Shown: positions 38,650-48,890 of the stretch, piece by piece
Layout of the letters: each line of letters opens with the position of its first letter
Numbering within the stretch: the stretch's first letter is position 1
DNA from: Phoronis australis
Lineage: Eukaryota; Animalia; Phoronida
NCBI GenBank assembly: GCA_002633005.1
Contig: NMRA01000022.1
Span: forward strand, 362,056 to 426,055
DNA: 64,000 nucleotides
Reading direction: 5' to 3'
Program-made: the position numbers and the translations under genes
The notes under the pieces: model-generated
Databases searched by the model: none
Told to the model about the DNA's origin: nothing
The model's input: only the letters and a program-made list of their open reading frames with translations

Positions 38650-39290
38650 TCATAGGGATCTACTTTCAATGACCTATAGAAACGCTTGTAAAAAAGGTCC
38701 AGTTTCGGTACGTGGCTTTCTTTCATGTAACCTCATTCAGCCTCAATAACATCCACAATTAGATCCCTGAAGGTAAACACAACAGCATATCACTTGACTC
38801 GTTTTGTGCCCAAAATCTGCGGACACTGAACTAGACCAGAGTGTCACTAGATCTTCTTTAGCTTCAATCCCTCATATTTCTTCCAGGAAAGGAAATAAGC
38901 TATTGTCCACACATGACTTATTGCCTATGAAAGGGCATCCTTACCAACGAGGCTGACGTGTGTAGCAGTCAGATATAGTTCCTCTTCATACACAAACAAT
39001 CCAGTGGCACGTTGTCTTATGATAACTTCGTACTGCGATTCACATTTCTCCAGGGCCACTGACTTATACATTGTGCCATGCAGCACTGCTGGTGTATGGA
39101 AATGCTGTGGGAAGAGAAAGGAGTAACAAAGCTTGTTCGTTGTCTCCGATGTAGAAAGTAGGCTTTGACAACAGACTTGCACTGGATGGGAAGATCTTGC
39201 TGGTTAGCTGCAGTCATCTGCTTAAAACCAATTTTTGTCCATTCAGAGTCGATGCAGAAGCGATGCATATCTCTGCACGGTACAAGCCCT
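38650..39290 (-). pseudogene. YqaJ-like (lambda exonuclease family) gene remnant
   Basis: TPAVLHGTMYKSVALEKCESQYEVIIRQRATGLFVYEEELYLTATHVSLVGKD resembles AxxxGxxxExxA...GLxV...xLxASPDGLV. Downstream YAVVFTFRDLIVDVI...VPKLDLFY matches the YqaJ C-terminus. Stops and frameshifts present. Confidence 0.7.
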
Positions 39291-42200
39291 CAAACCTAAA
39301 AACCAAAGGTCACGTGAAAACAGACATGATAGATTTCCGTTTCAAGGTGTAATAGATTTCCGGAAGACATAGGATAGGGAGTAAACAAATAGTCTAATGG
39401 ATATTTGTCACGTACCCTTTGCGATGGCATTGGGCTTGGATTGTAATCTTAACTCACTAACCAATATCGAGTTAACAGCATAAACATTTAGCATTCATTG
39501 ATGAAACTGTCTCTGATAAATCCGTTAGAAATCATTCCAAACAATAATACTGATTTGATGTACCAAAAGATCCCGAGTGCTACTTACGTCAAGTATCGTA
39601 ACACACATCACAACAAAGATTAACCCGACTGGCGACTGCCGCGAAGTCGACATCGGTGAGTACCTCAGTTAACAGGCATCAGTAGAATAAACATGGAATA
39701 ATCGTTAAAATAATAAACCTTACCTTTGTACAAGGTAGTGCTTATATCCTCTCATAGAAGCACCCTTTTCACGCAATCTCAGATTCAGTTGGCACGGCTT
39801 CAAGCCATTTAACCATGTATTTAAAGGGCTCGCGAAATCGAGGCTGTCAATCTATCACCACTAGTACACGCGCGCCCCCTAGTTAATGTAAATTTTCCGA
39901 ATAGCCCCATTGTGCATTGCTGTGTAAGCAACTGAGAATTTGGCCGCGATTTCAGGTAGCCCTCAAACAAGCCAAATTTTCAAAAAACTAGTTGGTTGAC
40001 AGTACTTTTGAACCACATTTTTGGAATTGATATGAAATTTGCTTTCGGTATCTAATGTTAGCTTTAGTCGAGCATCGGAAGGGAAGTGGTGGTTTTGGGG
40101 TGAAAAGTGCCGATTTTGCATGTTTTTGCCCTTATTTTTCTTAGTCTGGCTTGGTTTCCACTGGGAGTGAAAGGGTCAAATATACAAGAGAGAATAAGGT
40201 TTCAATCTGTGTTCATCTGTAGGGCTTGTGATGTGGAATTACTGAAAACTTTTCTTTATTTGCATGCAGTTTTGACAGAGTGAAGAAAGGGTGAAGAGTC
40301 CATTGACGTGTGTTCTGATAGGCAAACCCCTGTGAGAACTGTTCAGTGCCTCCCATAAGCGATGGCGGCTTGGAAACGAAGGTGTGTCAAGAATGCTGCG
40401 TTCTGATTGGTCAGTTAAGCTGTCACTCAAAATCCTGGTGATAGGTCAATCCCAATCTCAATGGAAGACTACCAAACCTAAACAGACAAAATAAAGAAAA
40501 ACTTACTCCAGGAAAACCAGAATATATACATTTCTCACACTTTTAAATGTGTAAAAATATTTCCATAAATGTCATGTAAGTCATTATTTTTGTGCATCAT
40601 TTTTAAAGAATATCTCAATCTACCTCCAAAAAACATTATGCTTAACATCTGGCACGTTTTGAAACAGACGCGACATATTGCTCCAAATGTGATCCACTAT
40701 TGCCCTCTGCAGAATTATGGTTGAACTTGTAAAACGAAAGGTTTGTGTGATTTGGAAAAATAACTATGAATAATTGTTCAAGTTATTGTTGTTGCTTTTT
40801 GTAACTACTTTAATTAATTAGTGTCATTTACATTTTGTGTCTGGTACGATTGTGTAACAAAGGTTTGTCAAATTGTAACAAAACGTTAGCTATTTGCTCA
40901 CTTATGTGCTCAAAAGTCAGTAAGATTTCTGTCATGCAAGTATTTATTTTATTAGGAAAGTCATAATATCGTTTAGAAAATATGGTTATGTGGGAACAGT
41001 GAATCATTTCGCTAAGAATTTCGTAAGAAAATGCAAGCAAATTTACTTCATTATTTGCACATTTTGTGTTGTACAATGGTCATCGACAAACACGCTATGG
41101 AAGGTTAAGCATTTTTAACAATGCAGAGTTAAAAAAAAGAAAAATGACATTTTCGGCAATTAATTTGTTTGACTGAGGAAACTTCAACGTTATCTCACAC
41201 TGATAGATTTAAACAGCTTCTGATCATACCTCGTCAACTCAACTGAGCCTGAATCCTATTGTATTTGAATCATATTGTATTTGGAGGTTGTTGCTTATCA
41301 GCTAGTCTCATGTGTCAGGCTTATTGTCTGAAACTGCTCAGCATTGTGCCAGGTTTATGACTGCAATGCATTTTATTAAACAGTAGGGAGCGCACCTTTG
41401 CTGGGTCTCTGCTCGTACTGACTTCATAACGTACTGAGTCGAATGGAAGCCTTTGAACCACGAAATAAAACCACGAGAATGAGTCTACGCTATATCGTAC
41501 AGCACTACACGAAAAAAATTTGTGACTAGTTTTGGTGTTTAAAAGGACGGTTATTATTTGTTTAGTTCTCAAATAAAGCGTCGTCGGATTACGAATTTTG
41601 ATACCAAACTGCCAACAAAGTGAAACCTGGATGGAATTACAACTCCATGGCCGGTGGTATGATGACTCCCTTCGGCAGTACTAGTGTAACTCAGTAACAG
41701 GGCAAACAAACCACTGCAGGTACAGTTTTCACCGACGAAGAAGATGCCTGCGATGAGATTTCATGAGAACAAGTCGAAGGCCAGCGCCATTTAGGCGACG
41801 AAACTAAGCGGATTCTACAATGCTTGATTTTGAAATAGCTTTTGCTTTTATTCTATATTCGAATTAACAAAAAGTCAACCAAAGTTATAATCAAGGTATA
41901 TACGGCGACGAAGTTTTGTTTAATGAACCATAAAGAGCTACTTCAGTAATGGAAGGACTTTACTTTTTTTCAAGAAAATGTAAACTGAAATATATTTGTT
42001 TGTCGTGGCACTCGCTGGGTCACTGACCACTTTTGAAACACCCTACAAGGCCATGAAAAATCATTTGTGATTTCAAAAGCTAGCCCGCGGATATCCGAAT
42101 CCGCGTGACACCGTGGGAGTTCATTTTACTGGGCTTTTTAAAATTTACAAATTCATATTTCACTGGTCTGTTTTCAAATATTCACCATATCAACAAAGGT

Positions 42201-43621
42201 GTTTGTATTAATGAAAACTGCTAACCTGAACTAGTACACTGGTCTTTGACTGATTCGTCAGTTGACCTGAAGTCTCGGAGGTACTTCCCTAGAAGTGGTA
42301 CAGTTTGGCCATGAAAGGGTGTCTTTTCGGACAAAAGATTCTATTGAAAGGCACGTTTTCCTATTTAATTACCTACAGAAATATTCCTTTTCCAATTTCG
42401 TTCATAACTGATATGATCACTATAGGAGTTCGATTTCCAACAAATGAGACCCCACAGTCCACCAAGGTAAACCTAAACAAGCGATTGTAGTAATATCATC
42501 TACTTATTTTGAAACTAATTCCGAAAGATGTACGCATCTTTGATAATACGGTATCACATCCTCTACTGTGTCTTGAGTTTAATTTAGCTGACCAATAATC
42601 TCTACGAAAGCGTTAGGTTTTTGGAATGAACCCTTCAAAATCTCGGTATTTCTGGAACAAAACCTTGCATAACGGATTTTCATGGAAGCTCCCAATGGTG
42701 GTCCCGTTTTCAAATCTATAGTTTGGTGTCCTAATTTTCCGACCTGCACGGCTCCACGTCAAGAACGTAGCTGAGAATTCCCCCGGCCTGTAGTGAACCC
42801 CGCATCGAAAGTGAAACCAGTGATAATCAACCTATTAGGAAACTAAACAAACAAACGCGCAAACATGATCAAGGTAACATAGAGTTAAGTGGCACCAAAA
42901 ACTATTGATTTGTATTACCATTCTGAAATTGGTGTAAAAAATTTCCTTAATCGAAATACATATAGGTATGATCTTGTCGAAATAATTAGAAAGAACTGGC
43001 AGTTTATATTCGTTAGACCAAGCTCATAATTAACAGATAACGTGAGCTTAGATGAATATATAGTATAACGAATTATCAGTTTTTTCCGGGCACAGAGATC
43101 GCTTCTAAACTGATTTTTTCAAGGTAAATGGCCAAAATCAAAACTTTTGTTTTGTCAGAAAGCACTACTTTAATGCTTTTGCAATGGTGTGGAAGTTGTT
43201 TACCAAAACGTCGAGTTATTTATAAATGGGTGTGTGCGTCCTTATTGCCCCACTACGGCCTCTGTGATGTCAACAACGAGACAGTATGCTGTTATTTGAA
43301 CTAGTTGAACCTCAACTGCAAACATAGGTTTCAGTTTCGATTAGTGCCTGTGGTGAATCATTATGTACGTGCCCCGGATGTTTCTGTGTTTGTGACCGCG
43401 ATCAGTAAAAAGACAAGTGTGAGGCTACGGCAACACATGTGTATCGACAGCTTTGATTTGGAGCGAATAACATCAAGCCGACATAGTAAGTACTAATACA
43501 CATTTTCAGTAACGTTTGGTCTCTTGTGCTCACTTGCACATATGTCACAGAGTTGTAGACCATTGTGGTATAAAAATGATCTCAGAAGGAAATGTTAAAT
43601 GTTAGTTTTCAAAGGGTGTTA

Positions 43622-43775
43622 CACGGGCGGCGCTGCACTGAAAAAAGTGGGCCGGGGGGGCTATAGCCGTCCAGTTCCCCTGTGGTGCACCACCCATAGA
43701 CCATGGGGGCCGGAGCACTGAAAAAAGTGGTGAGCTATAGCCCCCCAGCTCCCTATATATGGTGCGCCGCCCATG
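43622..43775. repeat. Tandem dimer of a short GC-rich MITE-like unit; relatives at 44744-44880 and 47270-47325
   Basis: gggcggcgc.gcactgaaaaaagtgg...ctatagccccc...tggtgcgccgcccat; the dimer junction cccatagaccatggg is shared by the 43.7 and 44.8 kb copies. Confidence 0.7.
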
Positions 43776-44328
43776 TGTTACCCAAGAAAAAATCCTGACA
43801 CGAATGATTGTCTCGTCGAATACGTGTGCCAGCCGCTGGTGGTGGTTTATTTTATACAAAATCTGTCAATTGAAACCTCTTCAGAATGGGGCAAGTGATA
43901 ACGTATGATTACGTCACTGTAAGTCATCGTGCAATGAATTTTGGAATTATCTAAAAATCCAGAGCTGGAAATGACTTTCGCAGCATGGTCTTGTTCATGT
44001 TGTGATCCTAATGCTAAACCAGCTATAGACCTAAATTTGAATTGATGTTTTGGCCATAGATTCGACCCATGTTTGATAACCGATTAGTGCTGAAACGTAT
44101 CTTAGACAGACATCCTCATACTGCACAATCAAAATAAACTTAATACATTTTATCCGGTGTCATTTAACAACGCTATAAATGTCGGCGCTCATAATAAGGA
44201 CATGCATGTAATCAGGAGCTAACAGAATAGTATTGCGTATTAAAATGTGGAATCAAAATTGATAACATTACAATTACAATATTATGTTTGAAACCAATAC
44301 AATGTATATGTATAGACGGCGCTGCTGT

Positions 44329-44730
44329 GCGTGAACTTGGAATCCTGCTTATCTCAAGGTCGCGTATGCGTGAACTTGGAATACGCAAGGCAACTTGACA
44401 AGTTAACTCAAATAATCACGTCCTCGTTCATAAAAATGTGCACTGCACTTAATGAAATTACATTTGAATAAAATAATGTCAATTTTGTCCAACCTTTTTC
44501 AACTACTAGCGATCTATTTCACCAAACAATAATTGATTTAGCCATTCAAATATTCCTCCGATTCTGTGACACAAAGTTACGGTAAAGGAGAAAATGGGTG
44601 ATCGTGAGGCCAACAATTGCACATTTTTTTTACACTGAACAAAAAGTTTCACCTGATTGCCTTAAAAAATATTCAATTCCAAGTTCACGCGTGCGCGATC
44701 TTGAGACTAAGCAGGATTCCAAGTTCACAC
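44329..44730. mobile_element. MITE-like element with about 54-bp imperfect inverted repeats
   Basis: gtgaacttggaatcctgctta.tctcaag.tcgcg...gcgtgaacttggaat at 44331-44382 is inverted at 44676-44728. Confidence 0.75.
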
Positions 44731-46398
44731 TCACTCACATCTACATGGGCTGCGCAGCACTGAAAAATGCGAGGGCTAAAGCCCCTCACCCCCCCTGTGG
44801 TGCACCGCCCATAGACCATGGGCGGCGTAGCACTGAAAAAAGTGGGGGGCTATAGCCCCCCAGCCGCCCCCGGATCTACTTTCATTAGGACTTCATTAGT
44901 CAGAGGGGAACGCATATTTAATATACTACTTGAAGCATGTTAACAAACTTACGTGGGTGCACTCCAGTCAGAAACTAGCGTTACTAAGGTGTGCTGGTTT
45001 CGCTCGACGTTTCGTCCGGCAACGGTTTTCGAAGAAATTTGAAATGTTCTCATTACCTGCACCGTTCTCACGAAGCATATCGGAAGTAAAATATATTTGT
45101 CTTCTATTCTGTTCTGAGGCAAGTGTCTAATATTTTTACTCAAAATCGTACCGTATTTTTTAAGATTTTCTTTACTGCTTTCGGTATGAAACCGAAATAA
45201 GTGTCTACTAGTCTTGTGAACATTATGATTTACGTGGATGACTGCGTTCAATTGCCAATCGTCTCATTGACTGGCATAATGCTGAATGAAACTAATTTGA
45301 ATACGACGTATGGTCAAGGGGCACTTGTAGACGACATTTAAAAAAGAACTGTTTGTTGTTGTGCATTTTTAAGTGGCGTTATTAAACAATAGGGGGCACC
45401 ATTTGCGGCAAAAAAGCAGAGCACCAAATGTCATTATACGGGAACCCCTTAAGATGGCCATAAAGCGGGGTGCTTTTATTTTAATATAGAAGGGCCTGCT
45501 CTTGGGGGTCTTCGGGAGGGGCTCCCTGAGGCTCGAAAAGAAATTGTTGTGATTTTGATTTATTATTTTTAAAATGACACAGGCAAAAACCTATTTTAAA
45601 GGATATGCCCCACTTGTCGCCTATGGAGGGCTCCGCCTGAAGACGGTCAAAAAGCGGGCCGCTTATACTAATTTAGGTGGCCCACCTCAAAGCAGCCAAC
45701 AACGGGACCTCTTATATTAATATTGGTGCCCCGGTCTATGTGGTCTTCAGGCGAGCCCCCTATAGGGCCCACTTTTGACGCTCGAAAACAACATTTTACT
45801 TATGTCATTTTGATAAGTCACTTTTAAAAATTATACATTTTTTGACTTTTTGTGGTCCAGTGAAGTTAGAATTTTGCGAATTTGTTCGAAAACCTTTAGT
45901 ATTGTTGACAAAAATAGTTAGCATGAGCCAACACGTGGAAAAAATATCTAATTCTGATTGGGCATACCCATCCTTCAGAATTCTAGAGCAGCTGGAGTAA
46001 AATGAAATGTAAAAGAATGTCCTTAAACTCCACGTCCTGTAAATAATCCTTTCCTACTATATAATGGTCTTCAATAGAAATACTCTCCCTGGGGTTTTGC
46101 AGGCGATAATATCGGGAATATTGCCTTTATGACACTTTTGGCAAATACTGATCTCCAAGCTTGCTTTCAAAGTTTCTCCGATTCCAGTTCATATTTGTCA
46201 TATTCTTGGTTGCTTGTGCCACATGTAATGATACTATGGCACTTTTATTAAAATATATGATTTCAGAGAACTCAAGTCTATCAACTTCACCAAGTCAATG
46301 TTGCATCTTTGGAACCCCATTTTTAAATTAATTTGTTTCTCTCCTATATACTTTGCTTCCGATTGCTTCTTGTGTAATGCTTCCACGTCTTTATCCCG

Positions 46399-47004
46399 CT
46401 GGTCCCCTACGGGCCTAGCCAGCACGCAGGTATCACGCAGTGGCACGCGCTTTAGCATTGGTTGATGTAACCTCAGCAGTCATTGGTTAGCTTCACAATA
46501 CCATGAAAAATGGCGGACTGTGAACCATTTTTAGCCTTGTCAAGCAAGAAGCGTCGCAGCAACTTTTTCGTTTCTGCAGTGATGTTTAATAGCCGCGTGC
46601 TTAAAGTGTGAAGCACATACGTGTATTATAAACACACATCTGGCCGATTTAACCGGTGTGTTATTCCTACTGTATGAATACAAGACAGTATCGTAATCAA
46701 AAGTCATCGACAGCAGAAATATGCATTCCGAAAAGGCGCAACCACAATTTCTAGGATTCATATTTCCTGAACATAAATTTTAAGCACCGATTTGTTGTAC
46801 AACAGACCACATTTACACTTCAGTCCATCAGTCATGCCAGCATATAGAGTATCTGTAATGCCAGTTTGTTTTCTTAAAGCGCTGCCTTTTGAAAATTCGA
46901 CTAGCTAATCAGAAACGCCTGTGTAAAAAAAATTCCCGAGGAAAATTAAGTGATACCTGCGTGCTGGCTACTGACCATCTAGCGGCACGCACGGAACCAG
47001 CGAG
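46399..47004. mobile_element. MULE-like MITE (family of 21647-22098) with perfect 9-bp TSD
   Basis: TSD tttatcccg at 46390-46398 and 47005-47013; internal homology to the 21.6-kb copy. The left TIR has lost about 4 nt. Confidence 0.8.
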
Positions 47005-47464
47005 TTTATCCCGTAGATGATGCTCTACCTNCCAGGATTTTGCCAACAGACAAATGGAATCCTTTGAGAATTTTAAGGGGGGCATGCCTCCGTGCCCCCT
47101 CCCTTTAAATCCGCCACTGCCAAGTTTCGCCCATGTTTGTCCAAATAATGCGTTTTCTTCCTTAGTCGGGATGTTCAATGAAACACTCTGTACATGTATT
47201 TTGAATGCCGGATTAGCCATAAAATTACATGCAGCTGTGCATTACATGCAACAAGCGACAATGATACATCATGGGCGGCCCAGCACTATAGCCCTCAGCC
47301 CACCATAGTTCGCGCCGCCCATACCCATGGATAAAATGTGCAAAGTTGAACAGAATTACACGAATTTATCTCAGAAATATTTAACCGTTGTCCAAAGCTA
47401 TTTAATAAAAATACTTGAGATTTTCTTACTCGATTGCGTTTCCGTTTGCTTTATTTTCGTGAAA

Positions 47465-47541
47465 ATATGTGACGTCAGTGAGTCTCAGCTTCGGCTGCAG
47501 CACCACGTGATCTTCAAGTACCGCTGTACTCTCAAGCTCAG
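47465..47541 (+). promoter_or_regulatory. Candidate TLR promoter / first non-coding exon
   Basis: Perfect CRE TGACGTCA at 47470-47477, E-box CACGTG near 47504 and donor-like CAG|GTATGA at 47542. Motif evidence only. Confidence 0.3.
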
Positions 47542-48536
47542 GTATGATTTTCAGCAATAAGGTATTTTGCCATTAGTTTACCCCTATCCCCCAAAAAGGG
47601 TACATTAGCAGTTCTAGTTATTGACCCTTGGCGCATGTGAATTTTGTATAATTATGCCGACGGCCGACACCATTCGCCCTTTTACGACTTCGCGATGGAT
47701 TCAATTCGTGAATTAGTGAAAGACTGGAATATTAAAATCCCTTCAAAAACAATTTTGGGTTCACGCCTTAAATAACTCAAAAGTAAGCATCTATGTCAAG
47801 TTATTTCCAGAATACGAAAGAAAAAACAGACCCATCTGACTTTCTATCTAGGCAGGGAATCTTTAACTTGGCTCACACGATGGTCCAGCGATCAGTTTCT
47901 TTCCCAAATGCTTATTTGCAATATAATTTTTGATTACTCTTCCCATGTGCTTCAGCTCTTCGACATTTTTTCTTACACCTATACCCAATAGACTAGCGCT
48001 TGGATTTTTCACTACAGCTTTGATCAGCATTGCACACCGCCCGCGGAGGCCAAGATTTTTACAGTGCCTAGCTACAAAGTCGTTGGTCAAATCTGCTCTT
48101 TCACTAGAGTACTTTATGTGGTCATAAATTTAGCCTGATGACAGCCGCAGAGACTGCCTGTGACAGCTGAATGAAAATTATCTGTTTATCCACGGTTAGG
48201 AGTTAAAGCTTCTTGTAAACGACAACCAACGGACGACTGTGGCGGATTATTGGACGGGTGGAGTGGAGTCGTATGTTGTGCACCGCATTATTTGGACTGC
48301 CACTCCAGAATGTCTTTAACAGTATCAGATTTTTCGAAGCACCAGGCTAAGTTTCTCTGTCTTCATATATTCTTCTGTGATCAACGGTGAGGATTTCGAT
48401 AGCAAAGTTAGCAAACTTTGTTGTCTGCACTGTTTTCGCTGAAAAGTTAAAGCTGCGTGTGGGCTGACTTCACGGAAATCGAATTACCTGTATACCCTTT
48501 ACTCTCAGAAAATCGGTCTCATAATGTTCTTTACAG

Positions 48537-48587
48537 TGACCGGATTCCATATCTGTCACGAGTTCAAGTCCTACTGAGGCAATGAGT
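48537..48587 (+). other. Probable small 5' exon of the TLR gene, ending in in-frame ATG AGT
   Basis: Acceptor gttctttacAG (48535-48536), donor GTAAGT at 48588, phase-0 join to acceptor tttcAG|ATG at 48890/48891. Confidence 0.55.
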
Positions 48588-48709
48588 GTAAGTGGTCCTT
48601 TCGAATTTATAATGTCGGGGTGGGCCAACCCCTACAAATTCTGAAGCGCTTCCCGAGTCGCCGATGCTTCCAAAGTTCATATTATTTCCCATGTAACATT
48701 TTAGTAGGG

Positions 48710-48829
48710 AATGGGCCTTGAGCAATTTGTTTCAATGGGTCTTGAGCAATCTGTTTCAATGGGCCTTGAGCAATCTGTTTCAATGGGCCTTGAGCAATCT
48801 GTTTCAATGGGCCTTGAGCAATCTGCTTC
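48710..48829. repeat. 24-bp x5 minisatellite (aatgggccttgagcaatctgtttc)
   Basis: Five head-to-tail units with at most one mismatch each and no spacers. Confidence 0.97.
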
Positions 48830-48890
48830 AAATTGACTGCGCACTGGGAATGAAACACGTTCGTGAACTATTAAATTGACTTCATTTCAG

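Larger units (their letters stand above)
37553..39908. mobile_element. Decayed ISL2EU-type (PIF/Harbinger-IS5 group) DNA transposon: THAP/DDE transposase remnant (+) and YqaJ exonuclease remnant (-)
   Basis: TIRs ggggctgttcggagaatt / aattttccgaatagcccc with AT on both sides (37551-37552, 39909-39910); THAP, DDE C-terminal and YqaJ motifs inside. Confidence 0.8.
37362..40354 (+). mobile_element. Second copy of the 7988-8639 MITE, split by a 2.36-kb insertion
   Basis: 37362-37550 matches 7988-8190 and 39911-40354 matches about 8202-8639; same TIRs. Confidence 0.85.

Noticed and set aside
44985-45040. Penelope-type minimal hammerhead on the minus strand (ggacgaaacgtcg)
   Set aside because: The CUGANGA core is missing.
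45950-46390. Second Penelope GIY-YIG remnant on the minus strand
   Set aside because: Only scattered hints (IITC, GETL) in different frames, too weak to call.
48710-48829. CRISPR-like repeat array
   Set aside because: Units are head-to-tail with no unique spacers, there are no cas genes, and the context is a eukaryotic intron.
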